Shown: positions 25,534-37,857, numbered from the whole stretch's first letter. The stretch: 63,908 nt of DNA, filler included, from Octopus bimaculoides (GCF_001194135.2; 5 parts of 5 records of this genome joined end to end with filler, not necessarily neighbours in it), one strand, 5' to 3'. Notes: a model not told the origin generated them from the sequence alone. Translations and numbers: made by a program.

Positions 25534-25601
25534 TGCAGACGACATCTTTGCCGTGTCGAGCAGTCCTTGCAGACGACATCTTTGCCGTGTCGAGCAGTCC
25601 T
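25534..25601 (+). repeat. Perfect 34 bp tandem duplication inside a LINE reverse-transcriptase relic
   Basis: TGCAGACGACATCTTTGCCGTGTCGAGCAGTCCT x2; translates ADDIFAVSSSP, followed by ..GSRIKIN. Confidence 0.85.
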
Positions 25602-25681
25602 GACTGTACTTCAACCTTTCTTCGCGGTTCTCTCTGCGAAAAAGAAGGCAGTAGAATTAAAATTAACGCCTTGGTTTATTT

Positions 25682-26068
25682 GTTGTTGTTGGCACTCCGT
25701 CGCCTACGACGACGAGGGTTCCAGTTGATCCGATTAACGGAACAGCCTGCTCGTGAAATTAACGTGCAAGTGGCTGAGCACTCCACAGACACGTGTACCA
25801 TTAACGTAGTTCTCGGGGATATTCAGCGTGACACAGTGTGACAAGGCTGACCCTTTGAATTACAGGCACAACAGAAACAGGAAGTAAGAGTGAGAGAAAG
25901 TTGTGGTGAAAGAGTACAGCAGGGTTCGCCACCATCCCCTGCCGGAGCCTTGTGGAGCTTTAGGTGTTTTCGCTCAATAAACACTCACAACGCCCGGTCT
26001 GGGAATCGAAGCCGCGATCCAAAGACCGCGTATCCGCTGCCCTAACCACTGGGCCATTGGGCCTTCAC
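25682..26068 (-). mobile_element. SINE family E, full length
   Basis: Reverse-complement match to 18702-19083. Confidence 0.92.
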
Positions 26069-26805
26069 TCTTGGTTTATTACGAACGTCATGAAAGTTGT
26101 GTTAACAGAAACAAGCAGTTTTGTTGATAGTTTAAATGCTATAGCGCCGGTGTACATTATCTCAATATTTAAATTTGTCAGAGCATAGCTTATATGCAGA
26201 CATATGTCAAATTAGGAGAAAATCTCGCAGAAAAATACTCCATGAGCTCATGGCTGGTTACGTATAATACGTTAGCGATTCTGCACATCATTATCGTTTT
26301 GAAGACTTAAATATAACACTAAGGGAGATTATTGATCGATGGTTAATCAGAAAATTCAACATCTACCTCATTGCATATATGTGTGTGTGTGTATGTATGT
26401 GTCTGTGAGTGTATGTGTGTGTGTATAATTCATAAATTCATATTCTCTATAGATGTCTGTGTAATTAAAAGATTTCACTTGCCCATTCTCAGTATAAACT
26501 TGGCAACAAACAGTAACATTAATCTATCCTTTGTCAAATGTCAAATGTCACTATAAATCGTTACTATGCCTAATTACTAAGTAAATATAATTAAGAATTA
26601 ATATATAACAGTTTTGGTTTCACTATTTGTATTGTTATCGTTGTTGTTATTATTTTCCGTTTGTATCCTGGGACTTATATTGACATTATCACAATAGTTC
26701 ATTGCCGCAGCTACCAATAATTGTGGCTTTTGCATTTATCGCAAGTGTTTGTAATTCAGTCAGAATTATGCAATTCACTTTGTAGATTCTCTCCTTCATA
26801 TCCAC

Positions 26806-26863
<58 letters not shown>

Positions 26864-26881
26864 CAGCAGCAGCAGCAGCAG
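26806..26881. repeat. (TAG)n(CAG)n compound microsatellite
   Basis: Direct inspection. Confidence 0.95.
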
Positions 26882-26987
26882 CCCTGTCTATATTATTGTA
26901 CTTTATACGAAGCGTGTTCATGCGTTACACGCTTCAAACAAACCTCTTCCATAATCTAAGATCTTCGACATAATGTCACTATGTTAC

Positions 26988-27180
26988 CCTGGAGAAAATG
27001 CTTAGCGGCATTTCGTCTACCGTTAAGAATTCTAATTCAAATTCCGCCGACCTCAACGTTGCCTTTCATCCTTTCGGGGTCAAAATAATATGTACCAGTT
27101 AAACACTGGGGTCGATCTAATCGACTTACCCCTTCCCCCGAAATTACTGGCCTTGTGCCAAAATTTTAAATCAGTTTTTG
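26988..27180 (+). mobile_element. Family A SINE, 5' truncated
   Basis: AAAATGCTTAGCGGCATTTCG...TTGCCTTTCATCCTTTCGGGGTC. Confidence 0.85.
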
Positions 27181-28316
27181 TAAATTATGCATAAAAATAA
27201 CAGTAACGATGGTTCCTATCATGGGCCTACCATCGTCGTACAGTTTACGAATGTTGCTTCGAAAGCTGCTTGTTTGGGTTCGATTCTACCGCGCTGCACA
27301 TTTGGCAAGTATCATCTTCTGTACGTTCAGGGATTTTGTGTGTTGTGCGTGCGTGCGTGTGTAACTATGTACATCCTTAGCTATATATACATATATATAT
27401 ATATATACACATACATACATACATACATACGTATGTATGTCTGTGTGTATTTTTTCTCTTATTTTTCGTTTCCCTAGCATGTACGGTTTTAAATCTCGTC
27501 CATTCACTCCTTTTCTTTCTTCAATGCAATATCTCATGCTTCGATCATCTTGAAATTTCTTTTTCCTTCCCTTATTCCTTTCCTTTTCTTTCTCCTTTTA
27601 CATGCATCTCGCTACCTTTGCCGTTTTTCAGTCTGTTCCCACGTCTCCCGGGCAATGCGTTATATCATGTGCGACGATTCTTTCTTTTTTGCACAAAAAT
27701 GCAGTATTTCCACTATTTCTCTCCCCTCTCTCCCTCTCTACCCATCTCTCTTCCTCCAAGCTCTCACTATCTCTCTCTTTTTCTCTCCCTGTCTGTCATT
27801 CTCACTACCTCCCCTCATTCTCTACGTCTCTCTTCCCCTCTTTCTCCCTATCTCTCTCCCTCTCTGCCTCGCTCTATCCCACTCTATCCTTAACAATCCC
27901 TCTCTTCCCCTCTATATCTCTCATTACACATTATTTCCCACAACCTCTTCAAGTTTATCTCCCCCCCTCTCTCTCTCTCTTCCTCTTTCATTTATAAGTT
28001 CGCCAAACCAGAAGGGGTTGTGTCTATGACAATATTTGCATGAGTTTCCAGAGTGAAGGCATTTTATGTTGTGTTCAACCAGAAAATTGGTTGGTTAATG
28101 TTTGCCTAAAATGTGCAGGCAATAAAGAAATTCACAGAGTTGAAGCCTCGATGGGGAAAATATTAGGAGTAAGTGCTTTTCTGTGTGAAATCTGGAAGAA
28201 GAGATACAGTGAGTATTAGAGAAATAAGGGGTTTTACTGGTAGTTAGTTAAGTTTTAGCTTAGCTTTTTTAGTTTGGCCGATTTACCTAACGCTTCAGAG
28301 ATTTCATGTGAGAACT

Positions 28317-28540
28317 CCATACATCATGTTCCTCCATGCATGATCTTACTTCGTCAATATTTGCATTCCACTCTCCTGAAAAAAAGTTGTCCACACAAGT
28401 TAGATATTTTGTCTCCTGTTGACTCTTCCCTCAACTGACTGCCATCACACTATCTGGCAAAGGTTTTCTGGGTGCCTGGTGCAATGACCAGCAATTCTCA
28501 TTCTTCTCGGACAAATCTTCTCTGGCACTCTGGGTAGTTA
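28317..28540 (-). mobile_element. RTE-type LINE 3' relic
   Basis: Minus strand gives GHCTRHPENLCQIV*WQSVEGRVNRR...VDN.FQESGMQNIDEVRSCMEEHDVW after frameshifts. Confidence 0.7.
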
Positions 28541-29432
28541 AGATACGTAAATCATTTAGTTAAGTTGTGTAAATAACTTTCTAATTGCGATAGCAAAGGA
28601 ACTTAAGGGTGGAATTCAGGTTAGCGAATCGACCCCAGTTCTTCACTGCAAATGGATGTATCGATACAGACTGCAGAAACTTTAACCTAGAACTAAACAG
28701 AACTTAAATACAAATCACAAAACATGTTCTCCGGCGCCCTTCCAATTTTCCTATCTCACAATATAGAAAAAATATTAAAACACTAAGAAAACAGAAGACA
28801 TTCAGCAAAAGACACTTACTTGCAGGAAGAACTCCTTTCTTCTTACCGCAAAAGCTACAATGATTTTTCACCGATGCCATCTTCAGTAAAATCCAGTCGT
28901 TAGTAAAATTCAAGAATCTCAACGTTCTTAGAAGATCATCAAAGTTTCATTGTTTTTTGTTGCATATGTATATATATTTATATGGATATATATATATATG
29001 TCATTTTATTTTTTCTTTCTTTTTTTTGTATATATACCCTCCTTCCTGTTTGGAAGTGGTATCCCGAAGCCTTATAATGAATATGATTTCAAAAGGTCCA
29101 TTAACTTTTGGAGAAAATATAAAGTTTTTAATTTAAATCATTTGCATATGTTTTTAGCTGTAGATGAGACAGTTGACTATAAGTTGATTGTGAACCTAGA
29201 CTGAAGAACACACCAGGAAAAAGTCATATACCCTTAGCATTAAAATTAATCCATAAGAGTTGGAGGATATTTGCTTTACACTCAGTGGCTCCCCTACTAA
29301 GTGGACATCTTATTTTGTGGCTTCATATGCATGTTTCTTCGAAAAAAAGACGTTTTTTATAATTTACCACAGTAACATGATCTCATTACCATCATTATTA
29401 TCATTACAATCATCAGTTGTAACATCAACATC

Positions 29433-29451
29433 ATTATTATTATTATTATTA

Positions 29452-29496
<45 letters not shown>
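29433..29496. repeat. (ATT)n microsatellite
   Basis: Direct inspection. Confidence 0.95.
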
Positions 29497-29497
<1 letters not shown>

Positions 29498-29736
29498 TTG
29501 TTTTTAATTTTTGAGTACCAAGATGTTTTCTTTCATAAGCCGAATTACACTCTTTGTTGAAACTGTTCTTCCCGGAACGATCAAAAGGTAAAAACGTATG
29601 TATTTGGTTTTGAAACATTCACTGCAAGAAAAATATAATAGTAATAATTATATATATACATACATACATGCATACATAGATACATACATACATACATACA
29701 TACATACATACATACATACATACATGCTACCACCTT

Positions 29737-30425
29737 GAAGGGTATGCGTTTGCAATCCAGGAACGAAAAATGTCAACCAAGTACCTGATGCACAAAAGGG
29801 ATAGAGATGCGGGAAAAGCCGTAAAATGTGACAACCGATGAAGACTTTCTGGAATTCACACTGAAGATATCACCCACTTCATAAGCAGTTGTCCAAAAAT
29901 GTCATCACGGTATTATATACCGATGAAACATAACGTTGTAGCTAGGACACTCTATAATGAAATATGTCGGAAGGATAATCCCGAAGACAAAGAAATAAAA
30001 ACCCACGATATGGTAGAAGCCAGAGCCACTCATAATGAAAAGGAATACTGATGGAATATACCAGTGAAGACCTCAATAAAATGTAAACACGACAGATCTG
30101 ATATAATGATTTGGAATAGAGAAGAGAAACTGTGCACAGTTGTGGAAATTAGCTGCCCAGCGGAAGTTAGCTGAAGATCAGTGAAAAAGAGAATGCCTAT
30201 GCTGAACTATTGAGAAATCTGCAGTTACTCTATCCAGATTAAAAGTTCAGGTTTATACCTGTACTTATTGGGACTTTGAGATATGTAACACACTGCCTGA
30301 ATACCATTCTTGAGAAATTATTCTTCTCAAAACCAGAAAGGAGGTAGCTAATTCGAAGACTAAAGATCCAATCCATCACTGGAACTGAAAATTCTTTAAA
30401 ATGTTCCAAAAGTTTTATCATTTCA
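29737..30425 (+). mobile_element. R4/Dong-like non-LTR retrotransposon 3' part (CCHC knuckle plus restriction-like endonuclease), pseudogenised
   Basis: AFAIQER...CDNR*RL..EDITHFISSCPKM..RYY..KHNVVA; KHDRSDIMIWN..CTVVEISCP; in-frame stops. Confidence 0.88.
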
Positions 30426-30691
30426 ATATATATGAGTACATCTAGATTATGTAACTATAAGCATGACAATACATATATAAAACATACAAATCTGCACATA
30501 CATAATACATGCATACATACATGCATATATACATACATACATACATACATACATACAAACAAACAAAAAAATCATGTTGCTATTGTTGAAATTCCAATGA
30601 AGGAACCTTGGATCTAGGTTAGAAACTGGTTTTTTTTCTTCATTATGAAGAAATCTTGATATAAACTGAATATTGGCATACATACATAAGC

Positions 30692-30773
<82 letters not shown>
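30692..30773. repeat. (GATA)n microsatellite
   Basis: Direct inspection. Confidence 0.95.
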
Positions 30774-32376
30774 CTATAAGCTTGTATATATATATACATA
30801 CACATATATATACGTACATATTTTTGTGTACATACATATATATGCATACATACGAACGAAAGCGTGTGCATACATAGGTGTGTGTATGTGTGTCTATACT
30901 AACATGTACACACACAAAAATGTGTGTGTATGTGAATTACGATTCTAGTCATAAGGATAACGCTTCTCACAATACTTCAGGAAGTTAGCTCACTTTGTTC
31001 CTCTATTAACGACTGGTTTCTTAGAATCATCCACCCGTTTCCATCGTAAATTGGTCTTCCCACTACCAGTAATTGATATCTGTGTGAGGGTGAATAAATA
31101 GCTTAGATTGAATGTGAGAAAGAAGGAAAAACAAAGAACGTTAGTAAGGAAGAAAAGAAGTGAAATTAAGAAATGCAAGATATACATAAAATAAAGAAGG
31201 CAACAAGGAAATAACCGCAGAAGTGACGGATAAGATTGATATTCACCAAGTTAGGAAGTGCTTTAGTCTAGACATTAGCTCTGATCTTTAATCATACTGT
31301 TTCCCGCATACGAAATTGAACTAAAAGAAGTGATTTCAAATAAAGTATATATTACCTGGTGTAATAATGAAAAATCATACTAATAGAGTTAATAAAAAAA
31401 AAATTTATTATATTTTAGACACATGATTAATTTTTAGTGTTTACATTTAATTTCCATGTTGCCTCGTTTTTTCGAGCGGTGAAAAGTGCCCTCAGGCAAA
31501 TGTACTTTGAATTAAACACAAAGTGTACTACGAAAAATATTTGAAATAGAAATTCCAGGGAAAAAAATATGTGTATATTCTTTTTCACATCATGGAACTC
31601 CGCCTTCAGTTACGACGACCAGTGCTACAATTGATCCAATTGACATAACAGCCTGCACGTTAAATTAACGTGCAAGACGCTGAGAATTTCATAGACACGC
31701 GTTCCCTTGACGTATTAATACACACACAAACAAACACACACTCAGATATGTATGTATGTATATACTAGAAGCGATAAATTATACGGCTCAAAACAAAAGT
31801 ACAGTATTCTTTTAACATTGTAAATGAAAGGATCCAGTTTCCAGTGCTCAGAGTAACTAGTTTTCGGTCAATAGCTGATAAACCGAGCCTGCTTTTTCTT
31901 TTGAAATCTTAACTCTTTGGCTATTTTTTGATACTGATTTATGTGGGACAAGTCTACGGGAAATCAAAATTACCTGCTGTACCTGCTATATTGTAGATAT
32001 TGCCCAACCAAACAGGAACGGGAGCTTCAAATCAAAGGTGCTGTGTGACCTTTGCTTGAGCAAAAAGTTTTGAATTTTGACTCAAAGCAGTAGCAGTCTG
32101 TACACGAGAACTGAGCTCTTAGCGCCTTGTATACAAGAGACTGAGTTTCTTTTTGTAAATATAAGCCTCCTTGCATTCGAAATATGTTTTATTGATAGAT
32201 GTTTTATTATGTGTACGTAGATATCTATGTTTTCGTATGTGATTATATATGCTAATGTTTATATGAACGCGTGCATATTTGTGGATATTTGTGTCTGTAT
32301 AAGTATGCTTACGTGTATACGTATGCGGCGGCAAGGGTGCATGCAAAATAAACATCTGCATACACACTTCTTACGT

Positions 32377-32655
32377 TATTTACATTTGACGGATATTTGT
32401 CCTCATCTTGTTTGTTGTTAATACAACGTTTCGGTTGATATACCCTCCAGCCTTCATCAGATGTCTTGGGGAAATTTCGAACCTGGGTTTTCATTCCTAA
32501 GGTATTTTCCGATGTTAGTATTATTTATAATGAAAGCTGGAGGGTATATCAGCCAAAACGTTGTGTTAACAACAAACAAGATGAGGACAAATATCCGTCA
32601 AATGTAAATAATGTAAATAATGTACATAATTCCTCTTCTCTTAAATATAGAACTG
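32377..32655. mobile_element. Inverted pair of Penelope-tail (pseudo-LTR) fragments, same family as 18160-18279
   Basis: About 80 bp arms (32377-32456 minus, 32530-32608 plus) with about 70 bp spacer. Confidence 0.88.
32420..32465 (-). ncRNA. Penelope-associated minimal hammerhead (core intact, helix mismatches)
   Basis: GACAT-CTGATGA-A-GGCTG(10 nt)CAACC-GAAACGT-T-GTATT. Confidence 0.55.
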
Positions 32656-34115
32656 TACACACTTCTTGCTTTTAAAAACATTAATTAAAAGTATTACTGA
32701 GAAATGTTAGTTTAAAACGTTGTCTAAACAACAAAGCAATATCATGACTTCGCTCGTATGGAGTTTAAGACGTTTATAATGTTACTACGAAAACTAAAAA
32801 TAAAGTCAAAAACGTGTGCCTGAAGCAGTCGTTTTCTACGTGTTGTTCACAAAGGTTTTTAACCAAAAAGCAAAATCATAAGGATAAGAGTTTTCTTCAC
32901 ACTTTTATATTTCAAAAGCATGCAAACTGAATATTTCAATATTTAAAAAGAAAAGCGAGCTCGCTTTACCTGTCGATGTTTGAAAACGACTAACTCTGAA
33001 CAATGAAAATTAGAACCCTTAATTATTGCGCGCGCGCGCGTTCTTTGTCAAATAAGAAAAAATAATACAAGTATAATAAGTGAAAACATTAATTAACATA
33101 ACAGAGATAAAAATGTTTGCAGTAACACTTTCGCTTGTATTAGTTGCCAAAGATAACAGTTAGATACTAAGTTGTCGATGGTAATTAAACAACATTGTGT
33201 TGTGTTGTTTTGTCACAAAACAAACGTGTCCTTGCATTTCTAAAAAATAAGAAAGAAGATAACGTACCTTTGCTTCTCACACAAAGGATGTCTTGCTGTC
33301 ATTAATAGAACTGTTTACGGGGACACTAATAGAGTGTCTCTTTTATTGATGAAGCGAAGGGCATGTGTGAATGCGTGCCTGGTCATTAAAATTGTGGTAG
33401 AATTAAAGCCACTGGACAAGTTAATGCACTACATTACAATCATAAACTTCAATAGAGTAACAGAATCACACTCAAGAAGAGCGGTATGTAGTTGCTCCCG
33501 GTCCCGTTGTCACACATTTGTGGCACAATACCGCTGTATTTTGTACATTGAGATAAGTAAAGGTGAATATATACCTCAACGTATGTGCAGCAACAAAGGC
33601 CGCCATACTGGTGGCATTGGGCAGGAATTCTGTTTGTTATACATAAAGCTACAGTTTCAGGTGTCCCTAGTCGTCGATCCCGAGAACCAATGAATAGGAA
33701 GCTGACCAGGAGGCCAATGACTAAGAAGTTGAGAACGAAAAAGCAGAAGTACTACCCTCAATTGCTGCACCGGTTCAAAGACTTGCGTTTATACATATAA
33801 AAGTTAAACTGGCGGAAAAATCCAGAAAATAAGAATAAAGACGGATTGAATAATATCCACCCTAACAAGACAGACAGTCAGAGCCTGTGTGAAGATTATA
33901 CTGACAACGTATGAAAAAATATGGTGTTATGATTCATAAGATGTTGGGACATTCACGGCACACTTATCCAAAATTGTGATAAAGAGAATGAGAGGGAGGA
34001 AAACGAAAAGGTCAAACTGACCATGGAAGTTTAAGAGACAACAGAAAAGTTTCCCCCTAAATAATATAACAATCAAAGATCAACAGCAAGAATCCATAAG
34101 TTAAAATAATACATT

Positions 34116-34157
<42 letters not shown>

Positions 34158-34859
34158 CACACATAGAAAAGCGAGCGTACGTGTGTGTGTCTGTGTCTGT
34201 GTAGGTATGTATCTGTTTTATATGTGTGTGCGTGTATGTGTATATACGCCGATGTGTCTAATTTTTGTTCTTATCTATGTTGATACATAAATCTGAGGAC
34301 GCGTGTGCGCGCAAATGATTGTATGCATGCACAAATATCAATGTGCGAGCTTATAGTTGTGTGAATGTATCTGCAAGTAATTATACGTGAGAAAAGAAAG
34401 AAGTGGGTGAGAGAGAAGACGAAAGAATCGGAAGCACGAAAGACGAGAACCAAATTCTCCAGTTAAGATGATATAACACGATACAAGGATTCAGGGATTT
34501 GTTTGATAACAAGATAATCTCCATAGATTATTAATCTGAGGATTGTGGAATTAAGATTTAACTTCATACGCACAAAGAAAATTATAGAATGTTGCAGCTA
34601 CAACTATTTGCTAAAATTAAACACATTGAATTCTCGTGAAAAATGTATTTCATGGCCATTGTAACATACAATTACATATGATCAGACTATCTGATGGTCA
34701 CGGTCATCATCTCAGAACAGGTATTTAGTAGTTAATATGACATACTTTGTTAGCAATAAATAAATAAATACACACACATGTATACATTATATATGTTCTT
34801 TTCTTCTTTTACACATTTCAGTCATTTGACTCCGGCCATGCTGGAATACCGCCCTACTC

Positions 34860-35400
34860 CAAACATCTCGCACAACTGTTTTTGGACACCTGTAGATCAT
34901 TGGAAAAGTCAAGACAACAGATAGGTTTGTTCCACATCAACTGAACGAGATTAAAAAAAACAGACGTCTCGAAGTGTACTCTTCTTGTTTCCTTGACTGG
35001 AAAAAAAACTCATTTGTGCATCAAATCATTACTTCTGCTGAGAAATGGATACTCTTTGACAACAGCAGGAGAACAGGACAGTGATTAAATGCAGGAAAGT
35101 CAGCTAATTACTACCCGAATCCACTATCGCACCCTAGAAAGTTAGTGTTCACTGTATAGTGGTCTGCGAATGGAGTTGTTCATTATTCATTATTGCAACA
35201 AGGAAAAATGGTAACAGCAACATTGTATTGTCAGGAAATTGATTGTATGCATGAGAATTTGCAAAAGAAGCAACCCAGACTAATGAATAGAGATGTCCCA
35301 ATTTTGCTCCACGACAATGAACGTCCTCACACGTCTCAAGCTACGGTCCAAAAGCTGCAAAGCCTGAATTATGAGATTTTGCAACATCCTCCCTAATTCC
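34860..35400 (+). mobile_element. Mariner transposase relic (central and catalytic part)
   Basis: FVPHQL...IITSAEKWILFDN...ILLHDNERPH...EILQHPP*FPDIS. Confidence 0.88.
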
Positions 35401-35497
35401 CTGATATATCTGTAATATAATATATTACAGATAAATTCCTCTATTTACATAATATCGAATTCTCTCTCATTCTTTTGTTGTCTTACCATTACTATTA

Positions 35498-35529
<32 letters not shown>

Positions 35530-35599
35530 TTAATTCGAGAAAGTTAAGCCCTCATTAGGGATTGTATAATCCAAGGTTTTCTACTGGTTAAATCCGTTC

Positions 35600-35745
35600 A
35601 TTTATGACGTTTGCCCAACGTTTTACTATGTCATACATTCCATCTTTAAAAAGAATTCATTTGCTGAGATAAACTGTCTGAATGCTTCGATTACTTCTTC
35701 TCTATTTAAGAATGTTTTATTACTTATGAAAAGCTCAAAATGCTT
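35600..35745 (-). mobile_element. Mariner transposase C-terminal relic, inverted relative to 34860-35400
   Basis: KHFELFISNKTFLNREEVIEAFRQFIS..EF..., then RW..VI..NG-like ending. Confidence 0.65.
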
Positions 35746-35749
35746 ATAT

Positions 35750-36260
35750 ATATATATGTATATCTCTTCCATTTTGTAATTGTTATAAATGTTCCACTGA
35801 GGAGAGAGTCGTTTTCCAACAAAGATACCAGGCTCCATGTTTGGGATGTAGCTAACACAGACAAACTCACATGTGGAACTTGCGAAACGTCTTGCATATT
35901 TTTACAGTTCTACTCACAGATTTGCATTTGTAATGTACGAATTAGGCGCTCAAATTCTCTTTCTGAAAATCCCTGTTTATCCAGATTCTCCTTTAAGCAT
36001 TTACGAACATAACCTAGTGTTCCAATTATTATTGGTATGGATATGAATTCATAGTCTGGATATAGAAGCTGGAGGTTTCGAAGCAGTTGTCCATAGATAT
36101 CCTCTTTTTCTTTGATTTTCAAAGATAAATTTATATCAGCAGGGCAGCTAACCTCTATGATGGTACATACCTTTGCCCCTCTGTCCGAAACAACAATATC
36201 CGTCCTGTTATGTTTACAGTTGACAGATGTTTTGATGGGAATATTTCACCAGTAATACTT
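35750..36260 (-). mobile_element. R4/Dong-like LINE 3' end (REL endonuclease plus 3' UTR)
   Basis: KHNRTDIVV...CTIIEVSCPADINLSLKIKEKEDIYGQLLRNLQLLYPDYEF; UTR also seen at about 19120-19200 (+). Confidence 0.88.
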
Positions 36261-36631
36261 GAGTTGGTGTTTATGAATGTTTATGCATGTATGTGTATGT
36301 ATGCATGTATGTATGCATGTATGTATGTATGTATATGCCAGTGACTTTTATCCCACATGCTTCCTCCTGTTCTGCTTATTCCATGTTGTCTTTTTGTAGT
36401 ATATATCCCTATCTTGGATACGCAAAACGAGAGAAGAAACGTGGGAAATAGATTCGCTGATGAAGCCAAAGGATGTGTAACAAAAGAGCTTAGACAATGA
36501 TACTAAAATATTAATATTAAAGCTGTAGTGAAGACCTAATAAATAGTGCATATGTATAAGTGACAAAATATGAGCAATACTATGTTAGCAATATCTATTA
36601 CAACACACGATTTCACAGCAGTAACTTTGCG

Positions 36632-36700
<69 letters not shown>

Positions 36701-36704
<4 letters not shown>

Positions 36705-37029
36705 GAAGTATATTTGCCATTTAAATGTGGCTGACCCCTAAGGGTGGATGTTACTGTTGCTTTTAGCCCCAGGAGAACATCTCCTCCAGCTGGCTTATCG
36801 ACACATATCTGTGTCCTGTCTATTTTTGCCAAGGGAAGTTATCCTTCCCATCTTGATCTGCGATACGTACGGACCCGAGTTTCAGGGTTATTTCCCTTCT
36901 TCAGCGTACGATAATCGCCGACCTTCGATGAGAATGACAATCCCTTGGCAATATATAAGTCTTTTTCCAGTGAAGTTATTCACTGATATCGAAAAAGTGA
37001 AAACAAGCAATGTTAAATCTCTGAACGAG

Positions 37030-37031
<2 letters not shown>
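36701..37031 (-). mobile_element. ~330 bp structured non-coding element carrying a hammerhead, inserted in (TA)n (retrozyme or Penelope pseudo-LTR-like)
   Basis: (TA)n on both sides; hairpins 36771-36785 and 36800-36815; 11 bp inverted repeat 36826-36836/36941-36951 enclosing the ribozyme; no recognisable protein coding. Confidence 0.65.
36860..36918 (-). ncRNA. Type I hammerhead ribozyme, canonical core, GUC cleavage site (predicted cut between 36872 and 36871)
   Basis: GCGAT-TAT-CGTACG-CTGAAGA-AGGG-AAATAA-CCCT-GAAACTCGGGT-C-CGTACG-T-ATCGC: 6+5 bp helix I, 4 bp helix II, near-palindromic helix III. Confidence 0.85.
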
Positions 37032-37066
<35 letters not shown>

Positions 37067-37067
<1 letters not shown>

Positions 37068-37196
37068 TAACGTAAATAATATATAAATATATGCATATAT
37101 CCATATATATATATGTACATATATATGTATACATACATGTATATATGTACATATACGTATGGATATATGCATATATTTATATATTATTTACGTTAT
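37067..37196. repeat. ~130 bp AT-rich palindrome
   Basis: 37067-37105 is the exact reverse complement of 37158-37196 (39 bp); interior also near-palindromic. Confidence 0.95.
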
Positions 37197-37508
37197 TATA
37201 TGATCGAACTCCACGCACTTTCTCCAAGTAAGTTTTATATATATATATATGTATGTGTATGTATATGTATATATATATATATTATTTAAAAGAGTTCCAA
37301 CTCTGTATTTTTTATGTTTTATTTATATTCTTATAAAATTAATGTTGGATATAGAATATGGAATATATAATATAAATAGTAAAATGAAATGATGTATTGA
37401 ATGCCTTACTGAATGTATGAAATATTGAGCATGAAATATAGATTATTAAATATATAAGGACTAGTATACTTTCTTGCCTCATGGCATTCATCAATGTCCC
37501 GTCTGACA

Positions 37509-37545
<37 letters not shown>

Positions 37546-37818
37546 TAGAAAATGGTAGGGGTTCGCTCCCCCTGCTAGTAACATATATTGTATATAAAGA
37601 GTGCAGCGTCGCACCGATGACCAGCTGGCGGACAATCTGCCTGGGGTTAAACTAGTAGTAACATAGAACAGCTACTTGACGTGGCGAATCACGCTGTACA
37701 TGTGCATATATATATATATATATATATATGGGAGAATATACAAAAAATAACAACAGACGAGGACAGGTGGTGTAAATAACAAAAGTATATATTAGTATGA
37801 CGCTCGGGAATACGGAAA

Positions 37819-37857
37819 TTCTTTGACGTTTCGAGCTACGCTCTTCAACAGAAAGAA
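37819..37857 (-). ncRNA. Minimal hammerhead-like motif with non-canonical position 6 (CUGUUGA)
   Basis: TTCTTT-CTGTTGA-A-GAGC-GTA-GCTC-GAAACGT-C-AAAGAA: perfect 6 bp helix I, GUC; lies in a ~190 bp repeat (37730-37918) abutting (TA)n. Confidence 0.6.

Noticed and set aside
28810-28905. TACTAAC branch point plus GTAAGT donor on minus; also CTGAAGA...GAAA
   Set aside because: No convincing reading frame or pyrimidine tract; no helix II.
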